From Gekko japonicus (taxonomy: Eukaryota): a stretch of DNA of 64,000 nucleotides. The translations under genes and the position numbers were made by a program. Shown here in pieces: positions 21,758 to 35,547 of this stretch. Within the stretch, counting starts at the first letter, position 1. Each line of letters opens with the position of its first letter. The notes below the pieces were generated by a model, which was given only the letters and a program-made list of their open reading frames with translations, searched no databases and had not been told where the DNA came from. The stretch is from contig NW_015168048.1 of assembly GCF_001447785.1 (NCBI RefSeq), forward strand, positions 1,289,610 to 1,353,609, written 5' to 3'.

Positions 21758-23649
21758 TAACTGGCTATGAAACTGCTTTCCAGACCCTTGGAACTTAGAA
21801 GACATGGCATAGGAGAAGGTGCTTTTCTACCTTAGCTGCCACTGCATAACCCCAAATCAACATAAGTCAGGGGTGGAGGGAACCATACCTTTTACCATGA
21901 GTCCTCCCATACTACCCACTTGGGGCAGCAAAATGATTTGAGACAGCTGTCAGGGTTCGATAGTCAGATCACACCACACAGCACTTCATAAGAAGAATAC
22001 TGTTTATTGGTAGTTCATAACTATGACATGTGTACTTCTTGTGTCAGGAATGGCCTGAAGCATCAAGGCACCCTGAATTATACCAGGATGTTTAGTGCAT
22101 CAAAAGCACTGAACTGGGAGATTAGGAGTTAATGCCTCACTGTAAAGCACAATTTGATTGACAGGCTGCTGCCTGCGTGCAACCCCCCTTCTCTCTGATT
22201 GGTCAGTGCCAGCTGAGGAGAGCTTTAAGAGCAGCTGAGTGCTGAGGAAAAGGGTCTTTTTCATCTTGCTTTGTCTATGGCGTGTCAGAAGCCAGACAAG
22301 TGGAGCCAGACAAGGGAAACAGACAAGTTCACTTGGGAAATGAAGGCACACAATTCCCTGCCCTAACTGTGTACCATCACATTTGAGGAAAACTTCAGAA
22401 AATAGAATTTAAAGTCTAAGTGTCAGCCCCAGATGACTTCCATTTATTCACAGTTTCCAGAACTGGGGTTTAGATTTGACAGAAGAGACTGGACAGTAGA
22501 TTGAAACTGCCAGGCTAGCCAAACAGAAAAAGATGGTTGCTCCTAGACAGAGGAGGATATTTCTTACCCAGTTATTCAGAAGGGACCCCCGGTTCGTGTG
22601 AAAATAGAAACGATTTTAGACTCCTCAAGAGTCAAAAGGAAAGTTGTAATCTTACAAGGGAGGTATTTAAATACAGGAAGAAAGTACTAACTTCCTGGAA
22701 GCTAAGATAGTTTTATGAAACTTTATTAAGATACATTGATGCTGAAAGAAATCTCCAAGACAAACAAACCTCACAGTTAAGAACTGAGTCTCTATGGCTG
22801 TGGTCAGATGTGCCTTTAGATCCAGCATAGCTGCAAATGCCCGATGGATCTAAAGGGCACGATCAGACAGCAACATCTGGGAAAGGTCCTGCCATCATCA
22901 GCAACCTGTGCTCCTCCCCCAAATGGAGTTGAAAGACACCAGAGAAAGTCTGGTCCTAACACTTGCCGATGGGCCACAGATGCATTTTCCCTAGTCTGAT
23001 CACTCAAGCACGCTCTCAAGCTGTTGGGATGGTCTGCTCATTCTATCCTGACTTGGTGCCATTCCCCCCCCCCTTGCTTAGCAGTATGCTCAGAACTGCA
23101 TACTCCATGGGGAACCCTCCACGCTGAGGTTCGATTCTTTGTTTATGTGCATGGGAAACAAATGGCAATAAAACCCCACTCGCCCGAGGTGGTGTCTGGG
23201 CCTGCAGTCTGCATCACAAAGGGATGTGTGATCACACAACTGTGAGTCAAATTCCTCCGGAGGAAATAGGGGCACTTCCCCTCCACACCAAATGGCACGT
23301 CACATCGCAGCCTATGAAAATAAGCTTCAACTATACTCTGTTGCCTTTTCGAAATATTATTGTAATTTGTATAAGCAACAAAATTTACCTCAGTTTCTCA
23401 TCACCTGCCTATTCCTAACCAACTGTGCCTGTTTGAACTTTACTTCATGTTAAGTGCCATTTCCAAAGGGAATTACAAGAGGGCTTTTGCTTAGCTACAA
23501 TAAATGTCCGGCCTGGGCAAAAAGCCAGATAACTTCTCTATTGCAGGGTGGGACATGTAGAAAATTAAAATACTATTATTATAGTACACTACTAAGGGGC
23601 TGCTCAGTCAGCGTGGGAAACAGCATTTTGACAGAAAAATCTGCCTCAC

Positions 23650-24948
23650 AGTAAAGAAGAACCAGGAGTACGTCATACACATCTTTGCCTTTTTTGTATT
23701 GAATCTGAACATCAGACTTCTGCAGCTGTAATAACATTCTCTGCAATCTCACTGGACCTGTTCCAATTGGCCTGGTTCTAATGGCTTATGGTCAAATTGC
23801 ACTGTCACTTGGGCATCAAATACATACTGGTGGAATTTGGACATTGTAAAGACAATTGACAGAAGCTCCTTTTATATTTGTGCACAGTTGTTCTGCCTTG
23901 GACAGGAATTAGAATGGAACAGATATGCCCTCAACCCATCCTTTGATACATCAGTATCTCTAGGACTGAAATATTGCAAAACTGGTGCTGTTGTGTTGGC
24001 CCTCTTCAGCTTATCAAGAGTTGCTTGGTGTTCAGGCTCTCATTGCCAAATGATGTTATTCTGCAAGAGAGTCCTGAGAGGAGACGTCGGAGTGGATTCA
24101 CTGAGTATACATTGGGGTCAGACAATGAATGGTGCTAACAATCCTTTGGAAATCCTTTTTGTCTGGGTGGATGGGTAGCTTGGCTATTGCTTCCATTTTG
24201 CCATATGGAATCTTTTTGCACTCATGCATCACTGGTGGTACTGTGTGGTCCACATAAACATGATGCACATCTGGAAAGTGTCCAGGATCTTCAAAACTAT
24301 CAAGATAATATTTGAAAAGGTCCTGCATTGTGGTTGGGCAAAGCAGCACTAGATCATGGATGTGCTGGATGAAATCAAGGGCCATGCAGGCTGACCTTCT
24401 CAATAGTGGTGGATCTTCCTTGTCTGTAACATAGAATATGAGCTTACAAGTGGTCCGACCAATCTTTCAGTGAGCCATGATGCACCTTTTGGTTTGATTC
24501 TTGTACTTGCCAAAGCAATGAGTGTCATATTTGTCCTGTGTACTTTGTGTTGTGGGAGTGCTCCAATGTCCTGGGGGGTTGTGTTGCCCTCAGCTCCAGT
24601 ATCTAACTTGAAAGGAACTGGTAAACCAGCAACAGTGACAGTGCTATACGGAGCATCATCTGGGCTTCCCATATGCTTTGGCTGCTAGTGTGCAGTCATT
24701 GCTCCTTTGCAAAGAGCATTCATATCTCTAGCAAGATCAGAGGGCATGTTTTGTACATTGCAGTTTTTGCAAAATGATTCCTTCCTGCACGCTTATAGCA
24801 AGTTTTCTCCAAAGGCTGAGCATTGTTGGAGTCTGTGGACACACCCACATCTCTTGCAAGAATTGCCTTTTGCAGTTGCAAAGCCCTCTGTTGGAGAGGA
24901 GTGCCCTGGTGGCTTGCTTTCTTTGAGGGGGTATTGTACATGGGCAAC
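23650..24948 (-). mobile_element. Degraded Ty3/Gypsy internal region (gag knuckle, protease, RNase H; most RT deleted)
   Basis: CKRCG..C..CYKRAGRNHFAK (CCHC-like), FKLDTGAEGN (aspartic protease), VPPVMHECKKIP, TTAPVLQYF, KFHQYV..DHKP, PVRLQRMLLQLQKSDVQIQYKKGK. Confidence 0.9.
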
Positions 24949-25232
24949 AGGTAAAGGTAAAGGTTTTCCTTGCTTGAAAGTCAGTCGAATCCATTTCCAA
25001 GCCGAAGCGCCAACACTGTCCAAAGACATTTCCATGGTCATGTGGCCGGCATGACTAGATGCCGAGACACACGGAACACTATTACCTTCCCACCAAAGTG
25101 GTACGTATTTATCTACTTGCAATTTCTTGCTTTTGAACTGCTAGGTTGGCACTCCTTCACGCGGCACTAGGATCTCAAACTACCGAGACCTTCTGGTCTG
25201 CAGCTCGGCCTCTTAACCTCTGAGCAACCCTG
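24949..25232 (-). mobile_element. Sauria SINE (Squam1-like)
   Basis: aggtaaaggtaaaggttttcc tail and core shared with 18875-19200. Confidence 0.85.
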
Positions 25233-26926
25233 GTCTGGTCATGCTATTAACATTTGATCAGCCCAGAATGAGCTGTGCATTAGAAAAGCAGTCTTAAATG
25301 GCAAATGCTAAAATGGTATATTTCTCTAGGAAAACCGTAGGTTGAAGGGGCTGCAGTGTCATTTGGCAAAGCTAGTAAGGAAGCTTGTTAAAAATAAAAT
25401 TGGCTGGGGAGTGTCTATAAATAGATTCATTCTGTTTGTAAAGACTTCCCAGCTCAATTCCTGCCTGTCTAGCCAACTTGACTTAGAGGTTTTCATCCAC
25501 ACACCGTTCTACGCTCATTTCTTCAACTGAATGACTTTAGTTACTTTATCTAGTCATGTAGCCCTCGGAGAAAAGTGAGAGTGGGGCCATGATCACAGCA
25601 CCTGGACTTGGAAACCAGAAGGCATCAGTGCAACAGGCTTTCACAACTATTGACTCACCAACAGATATTAAGTAGCCTATTTGCCATGTATTATGGCTGG
25701 GCTCCCTCTCCCCTGCACACACTGTTTTTGCATTTCCAGGTCAAAAGCAAAGTTAGGAGGTTTAATAAGTGTTGCCAGCCTCCAGGTGGTGGCTGGAGAT
25801 CCCGTGGTATTACCACTAATCTCCAGGCAAAAGAGATCACCTGGAGAAAAGGTGGACCCTGTGGCATTATACCCCATTGTGATCCCTCCACTCTCCAAAC
25901 TCTCCTCAGAGTCCACCCCCAAAATCTCCAGGTATACTGGTATACTGTATTTACCTAGGCGTGTGAATCACAGTTTGTACAGCCCTGGCTTGTGTGGATC
26001 ACCATCTTGAACACATGGCAGATGCAGAGACTTGAGCTTTCATCTGAGCCCTGTGCCCTCCGCCCTCCAATCCCATGCCGCTCTCTCTTGGCAAGGCAAC
26101 CCCCACATCCTCCACTCTCCAATCCCACACTGCTGTTCTTTTCTCGTGTTTTGCCGGCCAACAAGGCGAGCCCTGCCTCCAATCTCACGCTGCTACCGCT
26201 CTCTCTTGCCTCTCTTTGGCTGGCAAGTCAAGTCTCGTGGGTTAGATTATCCCACGCTGCTGCTCTGCTCTCTCTCACCTTTTGCCGGCCAGCAAGGCAA
26301 GCCCCAACCACCTTCATCCCTCCAATTCCCAAGCTGGCAAAGCAAGCACCACACTGCCCAGTCCCTCCCTCGGATTCGGAGCCCATGATTTTGCTTCCAT
26401 TCCTCTTCCCTCCTTTCCCTTTTAATCCGCAGGGCTCAGCTCTGCCTCCCATCTTTGAATAATTAAATTATTTAAATTAGCAAGTGCCAAGTGCCCCCCA
26501 AGAAATTTAAATGCTCTCCAACTTAGAAATTCCTGGCTATGGGCCTGTCAGAATGGCTCCCACTTTGCTGGATTTTAGAAAATTGTGTAAGAGTTTTTTA
26601 AATCATTGGTTAGAGTTTTAAAGTATTGTTAGTCTGGTTTTTAATGTGCTTGCAGTTGGAAGTTGTTTTAAAGTATTTGGTGTTTTAAAGAATATATTGT
26701 TAGCTTCCTTCACCCCTATTTTTGGAGACATGCAGATTATAAATGTTTTAAATATAGAAGGTTATAAAAACAAAAACAGAACCAGAACACTATCACACAC
26801 ACACACACACACACACATACACACACACACACACACACACAACCATCAAAGACATCTGGGGATGGGGAGGAGTTAGAAAATACAGGAAACTACCCAAGAT
26901 TAACCCTGTCTGTGTTATATTAGTTA

Positions 26927-27110
26927 CTAGTAGTAATGCTTGTTGTGGGAAGAAATACAACAGGATCTAGAAGGAAGCTCCAGATGAGTGTCTTGACTGT
27001 GGCTGGTGGGGCGGCAGAGGGAAGCGGAAAATGGAGGGAGGCAAGCCATGTTTCTTTCCTTCTGCTTAGCTATAAGGCAGGGCTGTCTCAAGTCATTTTG
27101 CTGCCCCAAG
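26927..27110 (-). mobile_element. Helitron 3' end (second copy)
   Basis: On the minus strand it ends in a subterminal hairpin (ctgttgt..acaacaag) plus CTAG|T. Near-duplicate of 27383-27545. Confidence 0.65.
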
Positions 27111-27178
27111 TGGGTAGAATGGGAGGACAGCCTCATGGTAACAGGTATGGTTCTCTCCACCTCTGANNNNNNNNNNNN

Positions 27179-27249
27179 GGACTATAAGGAAGGCCGAGCG
27201 CCGAAGAATAGATTCTTTTGAAATATGGTGCTGGAGAAGACTCTTGAGA
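27179..27249 (+). mobile_element. Short BovB fragment next to a 12-N gap (27167-27178)
   Basis: Nearly identical to 12385-12454. Confidence 0.85.
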
Positions 27250-27382
27250 CATCATTAATTTCAGAGTAAACATTGGCTTGTTGCAATACAAATACAGTTT
27301 TTAAGTCACTGTGTTTGTTAGGTGTTGTAGCATTCAGTGTAAGTAGTCTCAAGTTATTGTTCTGCATGTGTTTTATGTAAGA

Positions 27383-28464
27383 CTAGGAGTAATGCCCGTT
27401 GTGGGAAGAAATACAACAAGATCTAGAAGGAAGCTCCAGATGAGTCTCCCAACTGTGGCTGGTGGGGCGGCAGAGGGAAGAGGAAAATGGAGGGAGGCAA
27501 GCCATGTGTCTTTCCTTCTGCTTAGCTATAAGGCAGGGCTGTCTTGTCTCCAGGAGAACTGATCTCGGTCATCTAGACATCAGTTTTAATAGCTGGAGAT
27601 CTCCAGGTGCCACCTGGAGGTTGGCTTATGTTAATTTGGAACTATGCAGTCACAGCTAAGGTAGAAAAGCACCTCCTCCAGTGCCATGTTTTCTGGGTTC
27701 CAAGGGTCTGGAGAGTGGTACCATAACCGATTATGTGGTTGCCAACTCTGGGTTGGAACATACCTGTAGATTTGAGGGGCAGAGCCTGAAGAGGGCAGGG
27801 TTTGGGGTGGGGAGGGACCTCAGCAGGGTATAATGCTATAGAATCCACTGCCCAAAGCAGCCATTGTCTCCAGGAGAACTGATCTGGGTCATCTGGACAT
27901 CAGTTTTAATAGCTGAAGCCCTGACTGCTACGTCACATTGGCTGTCATACAGGGGCCATCTCAGCAGGATATAAGGACACAGAGTCCACCATTTGCTCCA
28001 GGGGAACTGATCTCTGCCATCTGGAAAGCAGTTATAATTCTGAGTGATCTTCAGCCCTCACCTGGAGATTTGCAACCCTGGTTTCCCCAATGGACACTAA
28101 GGGGAAATTTATTTTATCTCAGAACATTCCCCCAACAGACACTAAGGGGAAATTTATTTTACCTCAGAACATCAACAGCAAACTGTTTAGAATGTTAGAG
28201 GGAAAGGCCAGTGAGGCTGCATGTGCAAACGACCTCTGTGTTCCGAGGCAAAGGTGAATCAGGCCACATATGCAAATGACCTCTGTGGCTGTGGAGGGGA
28301 GAGGAACAGCAAACTGTTTAGAATGTTGGAGGCAGGACTCAGGCAAAGCAGTCAGTGGATAGGGAGACCCTCTGAATGACAGATAAGAGAGCGAACTGAT
28401 TTTGGAGCGTGTTAGAATGTTCAGGGGAGTCCATGACCAAAATAGAATTATATATACCGGAGGA
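27383..28464 (-). mobile_element. Non-autonomous Helitron with nested MITEs
   Basis: Minus strand: A|TC at 28465/28464. 3' hairpin (ttgttgt attt cttccc acaacggg) followed by CTAG|T at 27386-27383. Confidence 0.7.
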
Positions 28465-30618
28465 TATCTGTGAGCTAGTATGCACATGAATAACTTTTAT
28501 GGAATATCTAATATAAATATATCTGGTAATGAAGAATTGTTCTTATTTTGCAGTTCTCATTTTCTCCTCTTATATGTTTCTTGGATCTTCTTTATAAGTA
28601 GCAATTTAATTTATCTAAACACCTGATTATCTTAATTATATGTTTTTGGATGTGTTTGAGACATCAAATATGAGGCTGCACTCTGAAGTGCTAAATATAA
28701 AAGCAGTAGCAAATGTTGGCTCTCCAGAATTCTTTCTGCACACTTACTATTTGCATAGTGTTTTATGAATTATGCAAACTATCGTGCAATAAACATTTTT
28801 CACACAATTGTAGTAAGTACAGCTTGCATTTTTTTCAAGCATAAATACATTTCTGGCTTCCATGGGAAGTCTCTTCTCCAACATTCTGGGGATTTATTAA
28901 AGCTTATGAATGGGAGTTGTCACACCAGAATATTCTCTAGCTTCCCCCTCCCAATATGATTTTAGAGGAGGAAAAATAGGTTTGGCTGGGTAATGTGGGA
29001 ATGTGCTTTAAAAACACAAACACTCACGGATGGTGTGCTGGCTTCCCTCTAGTTATTTCCCCCTTTTTACAGACTAGTTGCTTCAATGCTGCCTTTCTTT
29101 GCCATGCTGCTGCTGAGTCACCCATAGATTTCTGTAACAGTATTTCATACCAGACTGGCGTTACTGGCAGGGGGTGGGAGTGGGATGAATTATTTCCCAA
29201 TATCCTAGTTGAACTATGCTAGTTCTTACTGAGGTCAGTGCTAGAAGTTCTGTGAATGGACCTTCCCAGCATTTGTAGCTTTAGTTTTAACATTCAGAAC
29301 TAGGCCATTGTGTGGGATGGGATTTTTAAAAACTCTTTTCCCCGGTACCATTTTCTTGACCTGAAACTATCTTCGGAGCCACCATTTTCCCTGTTGGGAG
29401 AAACACACTGGGAATATGGAAAGGCGCTCTATGGCTGCGGTCACACTGGAGGCTTGCCATCATCTGGGCATGCCTCTAATTGCACCAGTTTAAAATGTTG
29501 CGGAGAAGATCACCCAGACAGCACACCCTGGGGCAGTTTCCCTGTGTGCTCCTCTGGTGGTCAGGCATTCATATTACTGCAGTGTCTCGACCATGGAGCG
29601 TGCTGCTCAGTTGTTTTTGTTTTAATGCAGGCGGGTGCATGTGCATATGCACTCATGTGCATGTGTGCATATAGGCAGCAACTTAAAAAAGGAGTGGCAA
29701 AAGCAGATCTGTGGGTTCAGACTTCCCTTCCAGGTCCCTTTTGTGACAGGAGAATCAGATGTCTGGGAAAGTGGAGTGGAAGCGCTGGCATCCATAAACA
29801 CTGGACTTTCCCCGGTGCCTGATTACTCTGCTTCCAAAGCAGGGCAACACGGGGTGCCGATGACTGGGGCATGGAAGGCAGGTGTTGCTGTCTGATGCTG
29901 TTCTTTAAATCCACAAAGGTAATGCTACTATATCACGGCAAACTGCTTGTGTAACCATAGCCTATGGCAGCTTGAGGGGAACCTTAAAGGTTGTAAAAAT
30001 GGCACAAGAGGAAAGGGATTTTAAAAATCCCCCCCCCCAAGCCATGGCTCGGATCCAATTGGGGCTCCTCACAGCTGCTCTTTAGCAATAAAAATGTTTG
30101 GCATATCTATTTACAATTCTCCCAGCATCTCATTTAGTTTGGCCATAAGGCAGAATTCCTGTGGCTAGTGTCCCATTTCAGACTGCAGGTGGAAGCTCAG
30201 CAGATAATTGCATGGTCCTTCATATAAAAAATGTAAAAGGAGATCAATGTCCTCTCAGTTGGAGGATAACTGTAGCTTAATGCGTGTATGCATTAATGCT
30301 CTGCCTTGCTGCTATAGCTGTCTTTTGTTCTCTGGAATGGAGCCATCTTTTCACATGAAATTTTAGTTTCCACTTTCTGTTTGTGGTACATTTCAGTCTG
30401 GATTGTGCTGGCTCAGCCACAGGATGCCAGGCCACTGGAATCCACCCATAGCCCTAGCCATTCACACACAGTGGTGTCGATATTTTACATGTGAAATGGG
30501 GGGAGGGGGAATCTGAGATGTATAATCTGTTTGCTTTTTTATCACAGTAATCAATACTTCCTTGTATTGTTCCAGTGGGAAGCTGTGTACATTTGTTTAA
30601 AAAACAAAACATCATCTT

Positions 30619-30830
30619 GGTGGAAAGTGCTGTCAAGTCACAGACAACCTATGGCCACCCCATAGGGTTTTGAAGGCAAGAGACATTCCGAGGTGATTTG
30701 CTGTTGCCTGCCTCTGCATCACGACCCTGATATTCCTTGGAGGTCTCCCACACAAATACTAGCATGGCTGACCCTCCTTAGCTTCTGAGATCTGGTGAGA
30801 TTGGGCTATCCTGGGCTATCCAGGTCAGGG
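30619..30830 (-). mobile_element. 5S rRNA-derived SINE (SINE3) with RTE/BovB-like tail
   Basis: Minus-strand head cccaatctcaccagatctcagaagctaaggagggtc..tagtattt..gggagacc..ggaata resembles 5S rRNA. Tail resembles BovB 5' (cttgcc..aaaacc..atgg) and 3' (ggggt.gcc) segments. Confidence 0.85.
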
Positions 30831-31410
30831 ATAAAACCATCTTACGATGTTAAATATGTAATTGAATGCTTGGAAATGCTTTTATTTCAGTTAGCTGTGT
30901 TTCCTGGTGGAGGGACTGATGCCTGGAATACACTGATTTTAGAACAGCTTAGTTTTGCTTCTAGCCATGGTCAAAAATGCATTCCTATAACCTAAACTTG
31001 AAAAATATACACACTTTCCAGGTATGAGTTCTAGATGATGCATAGTGCCCTATTTATGAAACACCAGTGCATTTCAAAGGCTTCAGTCTTATGAAATGTA
31101 TATTTACTTGGAAGTAAGTATCACTCAGGCAATTGCTAAGTTTTTTTGTCATCACAAGTAGGGTATAATTTTACTCCCTTGGAAAATATCTGATTGTTTG
31201 GAACATCAAGCAAATGGGCTCTTGGGGATTTGCTACCACTTTTAACAGGTATCTTTTAAACGCGTGAACGAAGCAGAACAGCACGAGTTGACTGTGGGTG
31301 GGGAACGCCAAGCAGATGTGCCTGTGTGAACACCCCCTTTAATCCGCTTGTAAAACGTGGCTGGAATGTGGCTTTAGCGGGGCAAACTGCCAGTCTGAAT
31401 TTGGCCAACG

Positions 31411-31516
31411 GCTTGCCCAAGGTCATCCAGCAGGTGCAAGTGGAGGAGTGGGGAATTAAACCCGGTTCTCCCAGATTAGAGTCTGTGCACTTAACCACTA
31501 CAACAAACTGGCTCTC
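31411..31516 (-). mobile_element. Squam3-like SINE, 5' part
   Basis: Reverse complement of the tRNA-like head seen at 6271. Confidence 0.8.
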
Positions 31517-31691
31517 CAGTTTTCTAGATTGCCAAGGTCCAACAATTTTAGGCAAGCATATGGTCAAAAGCCCAACACTTGATTCAAAGTTTTATTGATT
31601 CAAGGCCAACCAGCAAGCCAGGAAACATTAAGGAATTTACAGCACTATTTCCTCCAAATTAACAACCTCTGGTTTGCTTACAAAGACGAGG

Positions 31692-31905
31692 AATACACAT
31701 GAACACATGAAGCTGCCTTATACTGAAGCAGACTGTTACTCCAACAAGGTCAGTATTGTCTATGCAGATTGGGAGCATCTGTCCAGGGTCTCAGGCAGGG
31801 TCTTTCGTTTCTTCATCTTCTACCTGATCCTTTTAACTGGAGGTGTCAGGGATTGAACCTGGAGCTTTCTGCATGCAAAGCAGATGCTGTGTTGCTGAGC
31901 CATAA
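31692..31905 (-). mobile_element. tRNA-derived SINE (Squam2-like)
   Basis: Minus-strand head GGCTCAG..AGCATCTGCTTTGCATGCAG..GGTTCAATCCC. Tail aaggcagcttcatgtgttcatg. Confidence 0.8.
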
Positions 31906-32497
31906 CCCACCCTTCATTTCATCCCAGCATGAATGGTCACATAATGTATTAATATGGAGGTATCTGGGAGTGCTAACTCTGGGTTGGGAAATTCCAGGAG
32001 ATTTTGAGGCAGAGCCCAGAGTGAAGTGGAGTGGAGGGAACTCAACAGAAATGTGATGCCAGAGTCCACCCACTGAAGCTGCCATTTCCTCCAGGAATTA
32101 ATCTCTGTAGTCTGGAGGTGAGTTGTAATTCCTGGAGAACTCCAGGCCCCACCTGGAGACTGGCAACCCTCATGGTATCTCATATGGGAAGAGTTCACAA
32201 TGATGTAGGAAAACACAGTGAACTTCATGTTAGGCTTTGGTGAAGGACTGGACACATGGAAACACTTGTAAAAACAGAGCTTGTTTCTAAAACTAGTGGC
32301 CTACAGCAACTCAATATTCTCTCAATGTCGACTGTCTTCTGAGGTAATAATATTGGCCTACCCTACAGGTTTTTTTTTAATAAGGATTATTAATAAGGAT
32401 TATTGAAACCTCCAAGGGCATACCTATACTGTAAAACTTCTTTAAGAGACTGAATTATGAACCAGAAAGTCGCTGTTTCCCATAAACACATACACAC

Positions 32498-32856
32498 TGT
32501 TAGATCGGCACTAACAAATTGTAGGAGAGTGATTTCAGCAATAAGATTAGCTTTATTGTAGGTACGAACAAGCGCTTAAATAAGTCATAACCAGAACAGA
32601 ACACAAACAGGAGCTAGGGTCCTTTTAAACACTCCTGGGCTACTGTAGCCACGCCTATTTACAACAAACAACCAATGAGGTTGTGCGGATAACAACCAAT
32701 GAGAGTTCTTCCCTCGCAGGGACTAGGCATAGTTCTGATAGGTCACAGTTGTGGAGCAACCAATAGGATGTTAGCTCTGAGGAGCTTCTTCTGGCTTGAA
32801 GCTTAACATGGAGAGTCAATGAGCCGATTCCGTAACCCTTTTTTGAATACACTACA
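32498..32856 (-). mobile_element. Solo LTR
   Basis: TG..CA termini (TGTTAG / CTACA), 5-bp TSD CACAC, TTTATT near the left end, several CCAAT boxes. Confidence 0.75.
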
Positions 32857-35547
32857 CACACTGCATCGCTTGTCTGTGTGTGTATTGCTGAGGAATACAA
32901 AAATGCAACAATAAGTGACTAGTCCCAAATCAGCCAGTACTTCTCTGGTTCAGAATTCTTAAGTAGGAATTACAAGGGATATTAAAGGAAGCACTGCTGA
33001 GTATATGAAGGATGTTTTTCCTTGTAAGAGAGCAGCTGCAGTCTCTTTTCCCACCACACACTTAGAATTAAGAGGCAGAATTTAGAGTGTGATGGAATAA
33101 CTTCCCCTCAGATTCAAACCTCAGCACTTCTTTCTTTAGAAATTAAGCACTGATCCCACAAGCAAATGCAGGAAACAGATATCTATAATTTCTCATTAAA
33201 ATCCATCTCCACTTTTCACGAAGACAAGTTTCTCTTCCACTATTGCCCTCTTCCCTCTTTCTTGTAATACTAAGACCTTATTAGTGTTTAACCTAGAACT
33301 CTGTTTTTAGTTAGCAAGGCTGTGAAAAGGAATGGGAAGAAGAGAACTTCTGCGAATGTGCAGAGTACTATGGCCTCATCCACTCTGCCACCTTTCCCTG
33401 CATTCAGAATCCAGTAGCACATGATAAAACAGCAAATGCATCAAAAATATATTCTATGGCAGTTTCTCCATCTTAGTTGTGGGATCAAAATTTCTATTTT
33501 TTAGTTGTAACTAGTTTAGACGCTTCAAAAGTAGAGAGCTCTATGTAAAGCTTGGAAAAGCCATCTGTTCATGATGCCAGTTCTGGGCTTTATCTGCCAT
33601 AGGCATGCGTAGTGGATACAAAAACAAAAGAGAGAATAAAACCCTGTAGCCATTGCCTTAGAATCAGGAAACTATGAGGTCACCTTCTAGAAGGTGTCCC
33701 TTGCAAAACAGCCATTTCTAACAATGGTGGCTCTTCAATCATTATGCTTCCTCAAGTGCTGCCTTGCTGGTTGAAACATTGAGTCTAGTCCAATTTCTTT
33801 CTTTTAATGTAAATGTCCATAAGATTATACTGTATGAGCTATGAACAGTTATTAAAATAGACACTTATGAAAGGAAAAGCTGGTAGAACTAGTTGCACTC
33901 CCTCAAAGAGTATGTTTTAGGATGAAACTACACATTATGTGTAATTCTGCGATTCTTGTTTTTGAACACTTGTTTTAATACTTTTTTTGCTACTGAGGTT
34001 GTAATCTGAATACCAACATAAGCAAGAAGGACTTCTTCAACCCTTCCTTTTGTGCCACTTTTTCACTGAAGATCACCGCACCCCAGCTGCTTTTATTTCT
34101 GCTGAAGTAAAGACAGGAATAAATATATTTCCCAAAGCAGAGGTAAAAGCAACTTGAAAACTGCATTTCAATGCAGAATGGTGTGAGGTTAAAGGATTAT
34201 GATGCCCCTCTGCCCACACCTGCCTTCTGCCAGACTCAAAGACTACACAGTTTTTTAAAAAATCCTGATTGGCTGCTGAGCAGTGCGTAAAACCACCCGC
34301 AGTGACAACAGGTTTGTGAGGAAAGGGGGAAGTTGGGCTCCTATCAGTTTGTGTGAGAATAAGCAAGCTTGAACTGTACTGTACTATCTGATTATGTGAA
34401 AAGTTACCTGAAGAACAGGTTCAGACTGTTCACAAGCAACCAAACCGATTGTAAAAAAAATTGTCTCTGTGTTTGCAACCAGTGAACAAACCATGGCGGG
34501 ACTTAGAGCATCCTAGTTCCAAGCTTACCAACGATAGCAAAGACTTGTGCCTCAGAAACCAACACACGCAGCCAGAAAATTAAAAGTGGTAGATGTTAAA
34601 ATTATTTTAGCAGAAGCTTTTGTGAGTCAGGCTCACTTCATCAGATGCACCAACAGCTTCTGGGGCAGGTGACTCACAGGACATATCCCAGCCCCCACTG
34701 AGCATCAGTGCAGAATGAGGGAGCAATCTTGTCTGTAGGTGTTGAGAGTAGTTAATGGGGTTTCCAGAGCCACAGCTACAGCCCCATGCAGACGTTCAGC
34801 TAGTGAAACCCAGCATGAGTGCAGGGGCATGACATTTCTTAGCAGTGAAATCTTATTTTTTACAATGGCCTTGCTTCTATGCTGTCAACAGCAGCCTGAT
34901 TGTTCTCTTGCAGAGGATTGTTCTGGGCAGAGAGGCTAATGAAGTTCATATTCTTTGGCTCTGAGTACCAGCTTCAACATCTTGAAAAGCTCTCTATCTT
35001 CAAAATGATATGAACTTCCTTGCTGCTGCATTCTTTCCTGCATTGGATGGTAAATCTGAGCCATGAAAGAATTTTCCCTCCCCCTTCTCTCTTTTTCCAC
35101 ATCTGTTTATCTAATCCTCTTTATGGGGAGCTGAGAAGATAGAAAATACCTGCAGTGTCAGTTCCCCATCTTTCTTTATTCCTGCATGTCCTCTATCTCT
35201 TCCGCATGTATTCCCAGAATGCCACATCAGATTCTCTGGACACTACAAATCCCAGAATGCCCTTAAGGACAAAGAACAGGGGAGGAGAAAGACAGCTGGA
35301 AATGACAGCTGCACGATTACCCCCTTCTTTGCTACTGCTTGCCTGCATTGCTTCCCAGTAGCACAGCAAATAAATTGGGGTGGGTGGAAAAGTGAGGAAA
35401 AATTCAGGTTGGATCCTGAGCCCAATAGTGTGATGACATCTTCAGGTACAGAATAATGTTCCCAAATCTCAGAGAACTCAGATTCCAACTCAAACTGAAT
35501 TTGCCTTTTGATGCTTCAATCTCAGATAGTTTAGTTTCTTTGACCTG

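Noticed and set aside
21005-28464. One 7.5-kb composite transposon bounded by long inverted repeats
   Set aside because: The two arms are diverged Helitron 5' ends, there is no TSD, and the right copy has its own 3' terminus.
30720-30830. 5S rRNA gene
   Set aside because: Diverged from 5S, fused to a retroposon tail and present in several copies, so it is a SINE head.
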